A DNA stretch of 61,724 nt, filler included, from Dugesia japonica (Eukaryota): NCBI GenBank assembly GCA_001938525.1. It is 6 parts of 6 records of this genome, joined end to end, with 100 filler letters (N's around TTAATTAATTAA, not from the genome) between each part and the next. Parts side by side here need not be neighbours in the genome. Positions count along the whole stretch, not along the records: positions 1 to 9,149 come from MQRL01614818.1; positions 9,250 to 17,767 come from MQRL01586718.1; 4 more parts are not named here. One strand, 5' to 3'. Below, piece after piece: positions 1 to 11,899 of the stretch (within the stretch, counting starts at the first letter, position 1; the number at the start of each line of letters is the position of its first letter). The notes under the pieces are model-generated. The model was given only the letters and a program-made list of their open reading frames with translations, was not told where the DNA came from and ran no database searches. Both the position numbers and the translations under genes were made by a program.

Positions 1-749
1 TATATATATATATATATATAATTTGAAGTAATTATAAGCTTTTTGTTTAAATAAACTGGTGAAATAATAAAAACTGAAATGCTCACATTTGAAGTATTGT
101 GCGTAATTAATTCCAAAATGTATGAGAAATTTTTTCCAGTTTTTAGACTAAGAAAATCATCGGAGAAATGAACCATTTATTACCTGTATACTTAATCTGA
201 ATTAATTCAACCTCGTATTAAATTTATATTTTACACTCGAAGATTTCCAAAATAGAAAAGTCAGCCTCATTCAATCCTAATGGACACAGTTAAGAATTTG
301 TGATCCGATTAACCCATATACACTATTAATAATTAACAACGTAATTGCATACATGATAGTTTTAACAACCATATTTTTTTATACATTATGGAGCTTTGTT
401 GGTCCAATAAAACTAAATTAATTTTAACTGAAGAACCTCAATATTGTTTTCATAATTACAAAAATCTTTAAGAATAACATTAATATACATTTTAACGACT
501 TTTATACTTTTAGTTTTATATTTAACCCAAATTAGATTAATTAACTATTCATGCTTAACTATCCCTTTGGTCTAAATTTCAAACTTAAAAACTTTGGGTC
601 TTTAAACAACTAAAATTCATTATTAAAATGTAATTTAAAATAGATTAAAATGTGAACACCATAATTTAAAATGTGCAATCAACTTCAGTAAAAATATTTC
701 ACAACACTTACTAAACGTAAACTAAAATTACCAGATCAATCTCCTAAGC

Positions 750-1088
750 CAGGCGTGGCCAATAGTTTTTGTCTGTGAGCCAGATTGGAAGGAAAATATG
801 TTATATTAAAATTAAAAAAATGTTAAATATAATCTAAAAATTTTTTCGGCCATTTTGCTTAGATGTGTTATCATGTGGTAAAGACGAGAATAAAAGTTGT
901 AAATCTTTATAAAGGAATCTTTTTGCAAAAGAAAGAAGTATTGAAATTTATTCCACTAATTATTGAAATTCTAATATAAAAGCTAATATTGAATATTAAT
1001 TAACTAATATCAAAAAATGAATTGAGGGCCACATAAATTCATTATACAGGCCGGATCCGGACCGAGGGCCCTATGTTGGGCATGCCTA
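750..1088. mobile_element. hAT/Charlie-like MITE
   Basis: Imperfect TIRs CAGGCGTGGCCAA / TTGGGCATGCCTA, GGGCC-rich subterminal motifs, degenerate 8-bp flanks TCCTAAGC / CTCTTAGC; no ORF. Confidence 0.6.
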
Positions 1089-1279
1089 CTCTTAGCGTAT
1101 ACCTATATTTATCAGTGCTTAGAGAATTAAACACAGGCCAAATTGACACACGATAACTTGAAAAATAATTTTTATTTTTAATAATTTGTATTGGTAATTA
1201 TAATAAGAAATTATTTAATATAAATTTTATAATGCAATTTTTTGTATTTTTTATTTTTAATAATTTGTACTGGTAATTA

Positions 1280-1990
1280 TACCATCCTTTGACCTCGGAA
1301 TGTAGAAAGGCAATTCTAACTGCTGTCATGCAGGCCATCACAAAATCCACCAGGACTTTCTGTAGTAAGAAATGTGAAAGTAGTCCTTAAAAATTTAAAC
1401 ATTCTTCTGTGTGTAGGTTGATCCTTTTTTTGCTAAAGGAAATAAATTTTCAAATCAATCATGCCTGGTGTAAAATTGGTAAGATATATTAGAGACTTTA
1501 CCAAATGTACCATTTCCAAAGATTGTATTTTTGACAAGCTCATTTAGTGTCTCTTAATTTCGAAATTCTGTCAAGGTCATGCTCTCCAGAGTAATTAAAA
1601 TACAAAGTCCTATATCTATCAATAATGATGACAATTTCCGGAGTTGTAGGATTAGACAAGTGAACCACATCTCTGTGATGTAACAGCTTTCTGGTAATAG
1701 AGGACAACTTTGGCAAAGGAGCTAAGACATCCCTGTTCACCTGTGATTAAGTACTTCCCATCACATTTATTGGTGTAAAACAAACTGCTATCTATTCATG
1801 CTTCATTTTATTTTTGACAATTTTGGCTTTGTCAGCTTGTAGGTATGAGTCATGATAATGCTTTGGAATTACTTTTTGAATGATTCCTGCTATTGTCCTT
1901 AAGAAAGCCTTGCACTTGACATAATTATGTTGTCTGCATCTTGTTATCTGTATTTTCTCGAAATTTGTATTATTTTAAACCAAAATAAAT
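1280..1990 (-). pseudogene. Highly decayed Ty3/Gypsy integrase remnant
   Basis: Fragments KVIPKHYHDSY (Zn-finger-like) and PFYIPRSKDG (resembles the AFHPQSNG core motif), broken by frameshifts. Confidence 0.4.
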
Positions 1991-2625
1991 CGCAATTTGG
2001 TTTCCTGGCTAGGTCGTTGAAAATTCCTTTAGTAACCCTGTTTATAAAATAAAACGTTTTCATTTGTAAAAAATATTAATTAAAGATTAAAACAATTTAC
2101 TATTATATAATTGTTCAGTGAAACACATGTATAGATATATAAAATTAAAGAGGATCACAAATAAATAAAACCGCAAGGTTGATCTTTCCCCGTCTAGATC
2201 GTAATGAGAAACTAACTAGCTAACATTACATTACTGACTTGAATAAAAAATTTCACGAGAAATAAGATTCCGAAAATGTACATGAATTTCAACTGAGTTG
2301 CATTGATACAATCTGATGAATTTCTCTCAGAAATTTTCCAAGTAGAATCTAATTAATAATATTTTATGTACGAATATTATCTAAGAATAGATTACTGAAG
2401 CGTTTCTATGAGATTTGATGTACCAAAACTGTCATGCTTATTTCTAGAACCTCCAGCCACCTACATCATCTTTTACTGAAGACTTTGAAAATTATCTCTG
2501 GCATAGTTTAAATACATTTTCCAAATTAAGCAGTCTTTAGCTTTCTACTGATATAATAATTGTATAGCTGTATATTCACTGTTTAATATATTAAATCTAA
2601 TTGCTAATCACCTATCTTCCTTTAA

Positions 2626-2940
2626 TTGAACAAGTTCCATGCAAAATCATTCACTTCCACTAAGAAATATAAAAGCAATAGCGATGATCATGAAATTACC
2701 TGGGAGCTATATCGATTAGCCTAGCGCAATTGGAAAGCTCAGATGGCTGGGAATTAGAGAGGAAGTGGCACACTCTCATAATCCAGAGAGATTTTGAAAG
2801 CGCAGATAGAGACCTTCGTTGAACTGTTAAAGTAGTTCTACGAGCGTGAAAATCGCCTTGTCGAAGATATCCTTAAATTGAGGGCATGAATGCCTCCCGA
2901 TTCAGTCGTGATAGATATTGGCACGCAGACTAAACTGTGA
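2626..2940 (+). pseudogene. Accessory ORF-X copy A: coiled-coil protein with C-terminal LC8-type motif
   Basis: Read through stops: LNKF..SDDHEITWELYRLA*R...KAQIETFVELLK*FYERENRLVEDILKLRA*MPPDSVVIDIGTQTKL*. Clearly homologous to 10061-10419. Confidence 0.7.
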
Positions 2941-3051
2941 TCTGCAACTTTTCGTTGTTTACTTACTATTCTTACTTTTTTACCATGTTGTTATAAGATA
3001 CATGCTTGGTTTTTGTTCTTTTTCTGTTTTGATCTTTTTTTCTTTTACCAG

Positions 3052-3378
3052 TTACCAAGTTCCATAAATAAGTGTCATTGTTTGTTACATGGTCTAACAT
3101 TGGAGCAACATTATTATAAACAACGAGAACGAATGTTACTCAGGCACATAAAGCGGAAGAATTGTTCTATACGACAACTCGAAAACTCCTATAAAATGGA
3201 TATTGCTAATAACACCATCTAACAATTGATTCATAGAGTTGAATTCCTCACACGATTTTTGGATGACCTCGCGACACTTCATAGCTTTATCTATGCGAAC
3301 CAAAATTTGTAACAATTGGGCGACACTGACGATGCCGCCCTATTTGACTTCGACGAAGAGACAGCATCTGCTTCGTGA
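3052..3378 (+). pseudogene. Accessory ORF-Y copy A, unknown function
   Basis: Follows a pyrimidine tract and CAG. Reads LPSSINKCHCLLHGLTLEQH...LLRHIKRK...RVEFL...DTDDAALFDF, with two internal stops and AATAAA at 3391. Homologous to 9591-9940. Confidence 0.7.
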
Positions 3379-3486
3379 GAATGTTCTATAAATAAAATTA
3401 TAGCCTCTTACCGTTTTTCTTATTAGTGAAATAACGTTATATGGAGATTAATAGTGAACTCGAACCAAAGAAATACTGGTATTCAC

Positions 3487-4489
3487 TGGGGTTTCTCATT
3501 TCCCGTAAATTTTAAATCTCGGCATTTCCCGGGATCCCGGGGAGAAATATAAATATTGTAAAACATTAAATCAAATATTATTCCAGAAATATTAATTTAT
3601 TTCAACAAAAAGAAACTGTAGAAAATAATAAATTATTAAAATATGATTTTGAAAAAAATATAAATAAAACATAAATAAAAATCACAATTCGAAATTCATA
3701 ACTGTCGTAGCCCGGGGACTTTAAGATAAAACTTTTGAAAGAAATTTTTTTTTGAAATATTTTTTATTGTTTGTTCTGTTTGCCACTTGATAGTCATTAA
3801 TGCTGAATACACATTATTTAAATTTTCAGTGCGCTTTCTAGTGGCCTCGAAAATATTTTTTTTTAATTTTAATGCTTACCTAGGATTGATGTTTCACCTT
3901 CCCCCTGTTTGACATTATAAATAGCTGCATACAATTTTCGTGAAGTGTTAATTCAACTTCGCTAAATGATCTTGAGACAGCCGTCTGTGGTATCAATGAA
4001 ATGTCTTCATTACCATGACTCTCGTATATTACTTGATTATATAGTGAAGTATCACTAGCATCCTCAATGTATAGCCTTGTGAAAAGTTTTTTAGCTGTTG
4101 CATGTAAAGCATATTTGGAGGGCAAGATCAATTTGAAATTGATATCTTCAGATTCATAATGATAATTTGACGGGATGTTTAAAAGTTTAAGTAAGCCAAC
4201 TAAATTTATATTTCTGCGTTCTTGAATTCTTTGCTGCACAGATTGAAGCCTTTTAGTAGAAATTCAATTTTTCAAGTTTCAAACTGCAATGCACTCTGCA
4301 CTCTTGTTTATGTTTATGAATAAACTATCTTACATAATTAAAATAATTATTTGTCAAATGTAAAAAATTGAATAGCAAATTAAAAAAGAAAAACCCAAAA
4401 ATATAAAAAATTAAATTAAAGAAAGAAATTGATTTCCCGGGATATCACGCTATCAATTTTACCATAGGGATCCCGTTTAAGAAACACTA
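3487..4489 (-). mobile_element. Internally deleted hAT transposon
   Basis: Ends TGGGGTTTC / GAAACACTA; duplicated flank TATTCAC(T) at 3480 and 4490; subterminal TTTCCCGGGA motifs; ORF 3880-4239 (RIQERRNINLVGLL) resembles hAT transposase. Confidence 0.65.
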
Positions 4490-5054
4490 TATTCACTCAA
4501 ACCACGGATTAAAAGTTACTGACTCTGTCCTGAAAATCTACTTTAGGGACGCTAGATCAAACTCTTTGCGGGGTTCTACTAGGCGACCGAATATTTGTGT
4601 GTCGATTTCAGAATTTTTGATTTGTCATGTAACTATATTTAACAACTGATGAATTAACTCACGTTTATTAAATATATATTTCCTTCTACCAGTCCGTTGA
4701 TTAAAGTATAAAAGTAAGGACGCATAAGATGTAGCATTAGGAAATAAACGGTATTTAAGGTTAGCAGCTACAAAAGTCTTGTTTTCTAACTGAATTCAAC
4801 TGTTTATATATTACTTTTCATCAATAAATAGTAGCTCAACTTTTAAAAATTATCTATTCTAACAGATTTAGAATTTTTATGATACTCTGACACATTAATT
4901 TTATTTGCAAAACTTTCCTTATTCAAATTATTCAAACTCTTGGTGTGAGTTTGCAGTTCACCTCGGCATGGAAGCATATGATGTAAAGGTTACGCTATTA
5001 GTTTTCATTGGGTTTTTCGATACATGAGACAGTCCATCTGCACTCAATTAAGTA

Positions 5055-7748
5055 CAGTCAACCCTCCTATAACGCGACGGATACGTTCTTAGGAAACGTC
5101 GCGTTCTAGGAAATCGCGTTGTAAGAGACATGAACTCTATAGATAAAAAGAAGTTAGGTTCCAAGTATAAAAAACTGCATTTAAATTAATAAAATGAAAC
5201 TTTAATAAGTTAATATTCAAGATTTTATTAGGAAGTCTTCAGTAAAATTATAATAAATTAATAAAATTTAATAAAATAGTTTACGTTTTTAAAAATTAAG
5301 AACTATATAAAAATTCAAATTTATAAAAATTAAAACAAAACAAATGCTGATGCATATTATTTATACAAATTTTTCTTCATCACTACTAAGCGGATGATGC
5401 CGCGAACGTTTGGCTGGTGCTACATCCGAATCTGAACAACTGGAGCAATGGATAGGTTCGTTAGCTCTCTTTATCGTTATCGGCTTGACAAAATCAGTTA
5501 TTAAAGATTTTTTCATTTTTGCGAGCAAATTTTTATAAATTTCGTCATAAGGAGACAAGCAATTTTCTAAATTTCTTTTAAATTTTTGAGATCTTTCCTC
5601 CAGTGGATCATTCTCTAAAAAATAATTTGCTAACTGCTTCGCCATACCTAAACCTTTTTCAACACATTTTACAGTAAATTTCTTGGATTTATCTTCATCA
5701 TCAGATATATCTTCAGAATTACTATCTTCAATCGGNNNNNNNNNNNNNNNNNNNNNNNNNNNNNNNNNNNNNNNNNNNNNNNNNNNNNNNNNNNNNNNNN
5801 NNNNNNNNNNNNCCAATGTTATTTCATCGAACCCATCGCGTCTTATTGCGTGTGCAATATTAAGTATCTTTCCAAATCCGGCCTGAGTTGGTTCAACAGC
5901 ATCTTTCTGATTTACCATTTTGGGTAATAATACTTTCCAACAAGCATTTACCGTGGATTGACGCATTTCTTTAATTGACGATGCAACAAATTCAACACAA
6001 TACAAAATTGAGAATTGTTTCCAAACTTCGCTAATTGTAATATATATGTTTGTCTATTTTGTCTAAGATTAATTGAAACGACCTACGGATATAAATTTAT
6101 TTAAAATTCGCTATGATCCCTTGGTCCAAAGGCTGTTATAGCGAGGTAATATTAGGGGGTAAAAAGGTTATCTACACATTTGGGTGATTTAAATCACATG
6201 AATGTGAGGGCGCATTATTCAAAATTAGTAGAACTTTGAATGCTACGTTCTTTTTCTTCAAATAGTTTTCCACATCCGGAACAAAACAATGATGGAACCA
6301 ATTGTTAAATAAATTAGCCGTCATCCATGACTTTTTATTGACCCTCCAATACACAGGAAGGTTTTTTTTGTTACATCGTTTCAACGCTCATTGAATTTAA
6401 CGATCGGTTAATGAATATAGGCTTAGTCATAAGATCACCAGATGCGTTACTGCAGAAAAGTAAGGTGATCCGATCCTTAGCAGCCTTAAATACAGATGCT
6501 ATTCTTTCATTTTTTGAAATATAGGTTCTAGAGGGCATTTTTGTCCACCACAATTCTGTCTCGTCGGCGTTAAACACCTGATCGGCGGAATAGCACTTTT
6601 CTTGAATTATTTTGGAAAGTTCTCCTGGAAACAGCTTTGATCCTTCTACATCAGCAGATGCTTTTTCTCCCTGTAGTTTTATATTGTGCAAAAAATGCCA
6701 TTTTTTGAATTATTCAAACCATCCATTGCTAGCAACAAACCTATGGCTGGGTTCATCAGCTGACGATTCTCCCATTTCTTTTAAACATTTAAATATTTTT
6801 AAAGCGTTTTCTTTGAGCCTATTTCCGTTTAAAGGTAACCATTTTTTGTCATATCTTCTACCCATACTATAAGGGCTTGTTCCAGTTTTTCCATTATATT
6901 TGTTCTCGGACGAGCAGTAATTTTGGCAAGCACAGATGATCCAGATGCTACCAAATTCCTAATTATTTCTTCTGTTTGTTTTATGGTTCTAATTGTTGAC
7001 TCATTTAAATTAAAATATTTGACTACATCAGTAATCTTCTCTTGATTTTTAAGCCTATTCAAAATTTGAATTTTGGTTTGAAGTGAAATAAATTTTCGGA
7101 TTTTCTTTCATTCGGCATTTTGAATGGTATAATGATATTTTTCCTATAAATTTAAATTATATATAATTATATTATAATTGATTTATATAAAAAATCTTTC
7201 TGAACCAATTTCTTACTTACCTTTTAATTATCACTGAAACAATATTTTAATTTTTGTGTTTGGTTCTGTTCCATTCAACACCAAGACTAAACTTACGAAA
7301 AATTAATTGTTCATTGTATTTGTAGGTTCATCACTTATATCAAAACCGTCTATGTACATACTATTAAATTTTGGATAATAGAGAAAACAGAATTAAAACA
7401 AAAAGAACACCTGTTTCAACATACACATGTATAGAAAATAAAATATGTATGTATGTACATATAATAAAATTTCTTTTCATCCTAAAGTTACCACAACTGC
7501 AAAANNNNNNNNNNNNNNNNNNNNNNNNNNNNNNNNNNNNNNNNNNNNNNNNNNTGTATGTATGTACATATAATAAAATTTCTTTTCATCCTAAAGTTAC
7601 CACAACTGCAAAATAAACACACATTTTTATATTTATACACTGAGATTTTTTTAAATCGCGTTTTAGGAAAAAAACTCGCGTTATGAGAAAAATTACCGTA
7701 ATTTATAAATCGCGTTATAGCGAAAACGCGTTGTAGGAGGCTTTACTG
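5055..7748 (-). mobile_element. Tigger/pogo DNA transposon, near full length, frameshifted transposase (about 5361-7130)
   Basis: TIRs CAGTCAACCCTCCTATAACGCG / CGCGTTGTAGGAGGCTTTACTG with TA TSD; HTH region, VFNADETEL, KDRITLLFCSNASG, WMT, LILNNAPSH motifs. Confidence 0.93.
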
Positions 7749-8617
7749 TATCCATAGAAACATCGCTGGTCGTATAATATAAAACAAAGGTATTTCAATT
7801 ATGCAAAAGATTAAAGGAAATTTATCATTAGCCAGACTAAATAGGTTGCTAAAATTGCATTGAAATGCATTAATAAGGAGCTTAAGCACTGTAGAATAAT
7901 CTGAGATGTTTCAAAGCATTTGAAAATGTCTAGAGACTAATTCATCATCTAGAGACTGATTTGATAATATTCAAAAGTTCGTCTAACCCTTCATGAATTC
8001 TAAGGAACATTCATCATAGAAATTATTTGAATATTTTTGGATTATGATGAGTATCTAAGATTGGTCTAACAACCGAATTTCACTCAGTATTGGTCATATT
8101 TATTTGTTCACTTCTTCATGGTTCGGATTGAAATTCAAAGTAAAAACCAAACTAAAAATACAATTATTCTTCGGAACCAAACAATTTGAATATCAAATAT
8201 TGCATTATAAAATATTCTAATATTCTAGAAAGATCAATATACATTAAATGCAGTTGATACTACAATACTATAAAAAAGAAATTATTGAATAATAAATTTT
8301 TAATCAATTTTTTTAATTATAAATTTTTATTGTAACTTCAAAAGGTAATATTTTAAAAATGACTCTTATACTTTATATGTAGTTGTTTCTAATTTTCTAT
8401 AATAACTCGTATATTTATCAAGACGATATCTGTATATTACATAATAAAGCGTCTATGTTTTGTGTGGAAACTAATTTCCCATGACAAAGTGTATTCTTTC
8501 AATGTTGAAATGTTTTTTTTCAATAATGAATCCTATATTTTACATGTTGACTCAAAATTTAAATGTGTTGTTTTAGGATTTCGTGAGATAAAATGTAATT
8601 TTAATGTAATAGATTAC

Positions 8618-8763
8618 AGTTTTAGTGTGATGGAATGCTATTTTAGTGTGATGTATTGACGTAGAGTTTATGTGACTAATTATAATTTTAGTATATGGAT
8701 TATTGTTTTAAGGCGATGACTTAGAAAGTTTAATGTGATGAACTAAATTTTAGTGTGATGGAT
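8618..8763. repeat. Degenerate tandem repeat with core TTTTAGTGTGATG
   Basis: About 6-7 imperfect copies spaced roughly 20-25 bp apart. Confidence 0.6.
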
Positions 8764-8774
8764 TAAAATTTTAA

Positions 8775-9149
8775 AGTAGGTGGATAGTGGCGCATTGCGG
8801 CAATTTTTTTAAAGCGGTTATCGCGGGACCCACATTACGCTTGAGCTGAGTTTTTTAATCGATAATTATTGATTATCGATTTTTGATCGGATCAGTTTTT
8901 TTTGATTGGATCAGATTTTTTTTGATCAGATCAATTTTTTTAATCTTTATTTTTTATCTTTTTTTCTATTTTTTTACCTTTTTTTAATCCTTTTTTTTAC
9001 CTTTTCTTACGGAGGGAATTTTTTTTTAATTGTTTTTTTTGTTTTAATAACTTAACATTTTTTTGTTTCAATTATTGAAAATGATTTGTTTTAATTAATA
9101 CTAGAATTTTGTTGGTAATTAAAATTTTATTATTTTTTTGTGAGAAGAC
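8775..9149 (+). mobile_element. Polinton/Maverick-like terminal inverted repeat fragment
   Basis: Begins AGTAGGTGGATAGTGGCGC (18/19 identical to 28527), followed by short GATC(A/G)GATCA repeats. 5'-AG/AGT starts are typical of Polinton termini. Confidence 0.55.
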
Positions 9150-9249
9150 NNNNNNNNNNNNNNNNNNNNNNNNNNNNNNNNNNNNNNNNNNNNTTAATTA
9201 ATTAANNNNNNNNNNNNNNNNNNNNNNNNNNNNNNNNNNNNNNNNNNNN
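9150..9249. other. Artificial scaffold spacer
   Basis: 44 N + TTAATTAATTAA (stops in all six frames) + 44 N. Confidence 0.97.

Positions 9250-9313
<64 letters not shown>
9250..9313. repeat. (ATT)n microsatellite
   Basis: Perfect run at the scaffold end. Confidence 0.97.
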
Positions 9314-9315
<2 letters not shown>

Positions 9316-9590
9316 TTTGTGGTCTCACCCGAGTTGGGAATCGAAAACCAGTGGCTGTGGAAAAGACAGCCCTCTAGGGGACCCATTCAAGAATTTTAAT
9401 CCAAAGCCCCTCAGTTGGATATTCAGTGTAGAGTGGTTGACCTTCGACCCTTACGGGAGGTTCGCACTCGTACACCTTTAATTTGGGTTCATTTTTTTCC
9501 CTGATAGTTATAAACAAGTTAAACAAAAGTTATCTGAAAATATCTATTAAATAACATTTATTGTTCTTCCAAAACACCAGGCTCTAACCA

Positions 9591-9940
9591 CTATACTGGG
9601 TCAGTCACCCAAAAATCGAATGCAGCTAAGTCATCGCTGTCATTCCACTGCATCCAATCCGGGTTCCCCATCTGACTTGACAGGTCAGCTGTATATTGTT
9701 TCAAGAATTTTATCTTCCGTTGCAATATCTGGGTATTCTGCGCTTCAAGAGCCTTAGTTTTCTAGGCCAAGTCATTTTGTTTCTTAACCACTAAATCAAA
9801 TTTCTTGATTAATTGATCCCGCCGAGAGAGATGTCTTAGCAGAGCCTGGTCGGTCTTACGTTTTGAATGGCGTTCTAACAATAGACGGCTCATGATCCGA
9901 TGACATCTCCACAAACTAGTTGGTAATACAATTCGTGCCA
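9591..9940 (-). pseudogene. Accessory ORF-Y copy B
   Basis: Acceptor TTTTCTTTAG at 9941. Reads ARIVLPTSLWRCH...LLRHLSRR...RKIKFLKQYTADL...DSDDLAAFDFWVTDPV*, with one internal stop at 9762 and AATAAA at 9557-9562. Confidence 0.72.
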
Positions 9941-10060
9941 CTAAAGAAAAATTACAGTTTAGGTAGGCAACCTCCACGAAAAAAATTGGAGGATTAGATT
10001 GTAAAAGATACAAATAATAAAACGATTTATTAAATCCAATCACAAATAAAGCACGAAAAC

Positions 10061-10419
10061 TCAAGAGCGGTTAGTCTGGATACCTTTATCTATCAAAGGC
10101 GGGGCCAAAGGTATGGCTGCCCTCAATTTTAATATATTTTCTATTAATTTATTTTCCCGCTCCTGATAAGACTTGATAATTTCATTGAAGGATTTAACTT
10201 GCGCTTTCCATATCCTCTCTTGATTCTGGGTCGCTTCCACTTCCGATTTAAAAGATAAACATTTCTTCTTATAGCGCTTAACTTTAGCCTCAGATGCTGC
10301 AGTCTCAGCCTCCCGTCGCCGCTTTGCGAGTCGGTATAAATTTCACGTGAGCTCTATATCATAACTGGTTTCACGTAGTTTTTTATTCGGGCCCTGAGAT
10401 CTATTCAAGGATGAATGCA
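10061..10419 (-). pseudogene. Accessory ORF-X copy B: coiled coil ending DKGIQTNRS
   Basis: Acceptor ATTTTAG at 10420. Frame is open except one TGA at 10343-10345, where copy A has TGG (Trp). Confidence 0.72.
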
Positions 10420-10623
10420 CTAAAATGCAATATTACTCATTAACATAGATTCAAAAGCGAAATAAATTTCCTAAAGAAAGTAACTCGAAGATAAAACGCA
10501 TAAGGAAAAAATCTCCCTACTGAGATTGCGTTTGAATAAAACAATAACTTTTCAGATAACTGGAATAAAGGGTACAAAATATTTTACTAAGAACATCAGA
10601 TAAACACAAAGATAATGTTGGTC

Positions 10624-11043
10624 TTATGGAGAGATATTTGGTGTGAGCGGAGCATGGTTTTCGGCTGACCCGCCACTAGCCCTATTTCGTAAATCCCATA
10701 GAGTATTTCCGATATCAATATGAAGACTAGTATCAGGAGGCAAATGTGTGGCCGCCACGGGTAGAAAGGTAGGTCCGTCTTGCCATACTCTAGTGGATTC
10801 CCCGGTTAAAGGGTCTACAACCAAGTCAAGGTGTACGACCTCTTGGGTTCGGTCCGGTCCTCGCCAAGCATAATATGCGTTTCTTTCTACGGCATCCCAT
10901 TCCCGCTCATTGTCGGCGTCGATGGCTGGCAAGTTTGAATGATCTCGAATCACATCCGCATTCCGATCATGCTGATTATGGTAACATTTAAAAACCACTT
11001 TGTTAGTCCTGGTATCGAGAAGGGTCTCCCAGATGAAATCCAT
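10624..11043 (-). CDS. Intact 139-aa orphan ORF, putative retroelement accessory protein
   Basis: ATG-to-stop ORF, GC-richer than its flanks, directly preceded by TTATTATTATTTACAG-A-ATG. Confidence 0.6.
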   Translation of the reverse strand: MDFIWETLLDTRTNKVVFKCYHNQHDRNADVIRDHSNLPAIDADNEREWDAVERNAYYAWRGPDRTQEVVHLDLVVDPLTGESTRVWQDGPTFLPVAATHLPPDTSLHIDIGNTLWDLRNRASGGSAENHAPLTPNISP

Positions 11044-11332
11044 TCTGTAAATAATAATAACCTAAATTCCAGATTCTATGATTTATGGTTCTAAAATAAG
11101 GGGAATGATACTGATGTGACTATCTACTGGAAAGTCAAATTAGTGAATAATCTAACAATGTAGAAAGAGGCAGACCCGAAATCACAGAGTAATTAAAGGA
11201 ATGACGATATTCTACTTTGGGGCGAATTCAACAAATGAACAAAGTTTTATAAGGTTTAATTGATAAAACAATGATTCAGTAGTGTGCTTTATTATGTCAC
11301 TTTTAAACTGGTCCATGATACCAGGTTTTGGA

Positions 11333-11518
11333 TTACTCCTTGTGCTCCCCGTCGGTAGACGATTCCAACGGGAACATCTTGGCAAGACAGCCCAGGTCTG
11401 TCTCGTCGGGGTGCTCGACGATCCGAGGGAATAGCAAATAACCAATTAACTGTTTTAGACGAGCTGCGCGTCGCTGTTTTTTGATAGTGTGGAGAACTCT
11501 CTGTAACTCTGGGGTCAT
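11333..11518 (-). CDS. 61-aa basic orphan ORF, putative retroelement accessory protein
   Basis: Preceded by TTATTATTAATTGTAG-AAA-ATG; contains a KKQRRAARLK basic patch. Confidence 0.5.
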   Translation of the reverse strand: MTPELQRVLHTIKKQRRAARLKQLIGYLLFPRIVEHPDETDLGCLAKMFPLESSTDGEHKE

Positions 11519-11899
11519 TTTCTACAATTAATAATAAGGGTCAATATTTCATCCATATACCAGTTGCTACTCAAATTTACCCTGAGAGTAAAATAAAATT
11601 AACGAAAAGAAAAAATTTATATGGTGCGATAAAATTCCTGTTTGGACACGAACTCGATTAAAAACAAAATGAGTTACATAAACCCCACTATCGAATCATG
11701 CCTAGTGAATTTTATAAAGTGACGACCAACACTACCATATATTTACACAAAACTTCCCTTATTTTTACTGGGTCCTCTTTTTATAATAATTTAGGCTCGA
11801 TAGCGTCATCTAACCCCCTCTCAATCATCTCGTACTAAAAATCGTATGATCCACTTACCCGTGATTTGAGACGATGTCATAGGAAGTAAGCTGGTTCTC

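Noticed and set aside
1280-3378. Cassette copy A belonging to the adjacent integrase remnant
   Set aside because: Opposite strands and divergent orientation; linkage unsupported.
4518-4556. Hammerhead-like CTGA..GTCC...GGACG
   Set aside because: The core CTGANGA and GAAA are both missing.
7446-7613. About 59-bp direct repeat in the Tigger element
   Set aside because: Identical copies on either side of an N gap; contig-overlap artefact.
9591-11518. Accessory ORFs as env
   Set aside because: Short, with no signal peptide, TM segment or furin/fusion-peptide layout.
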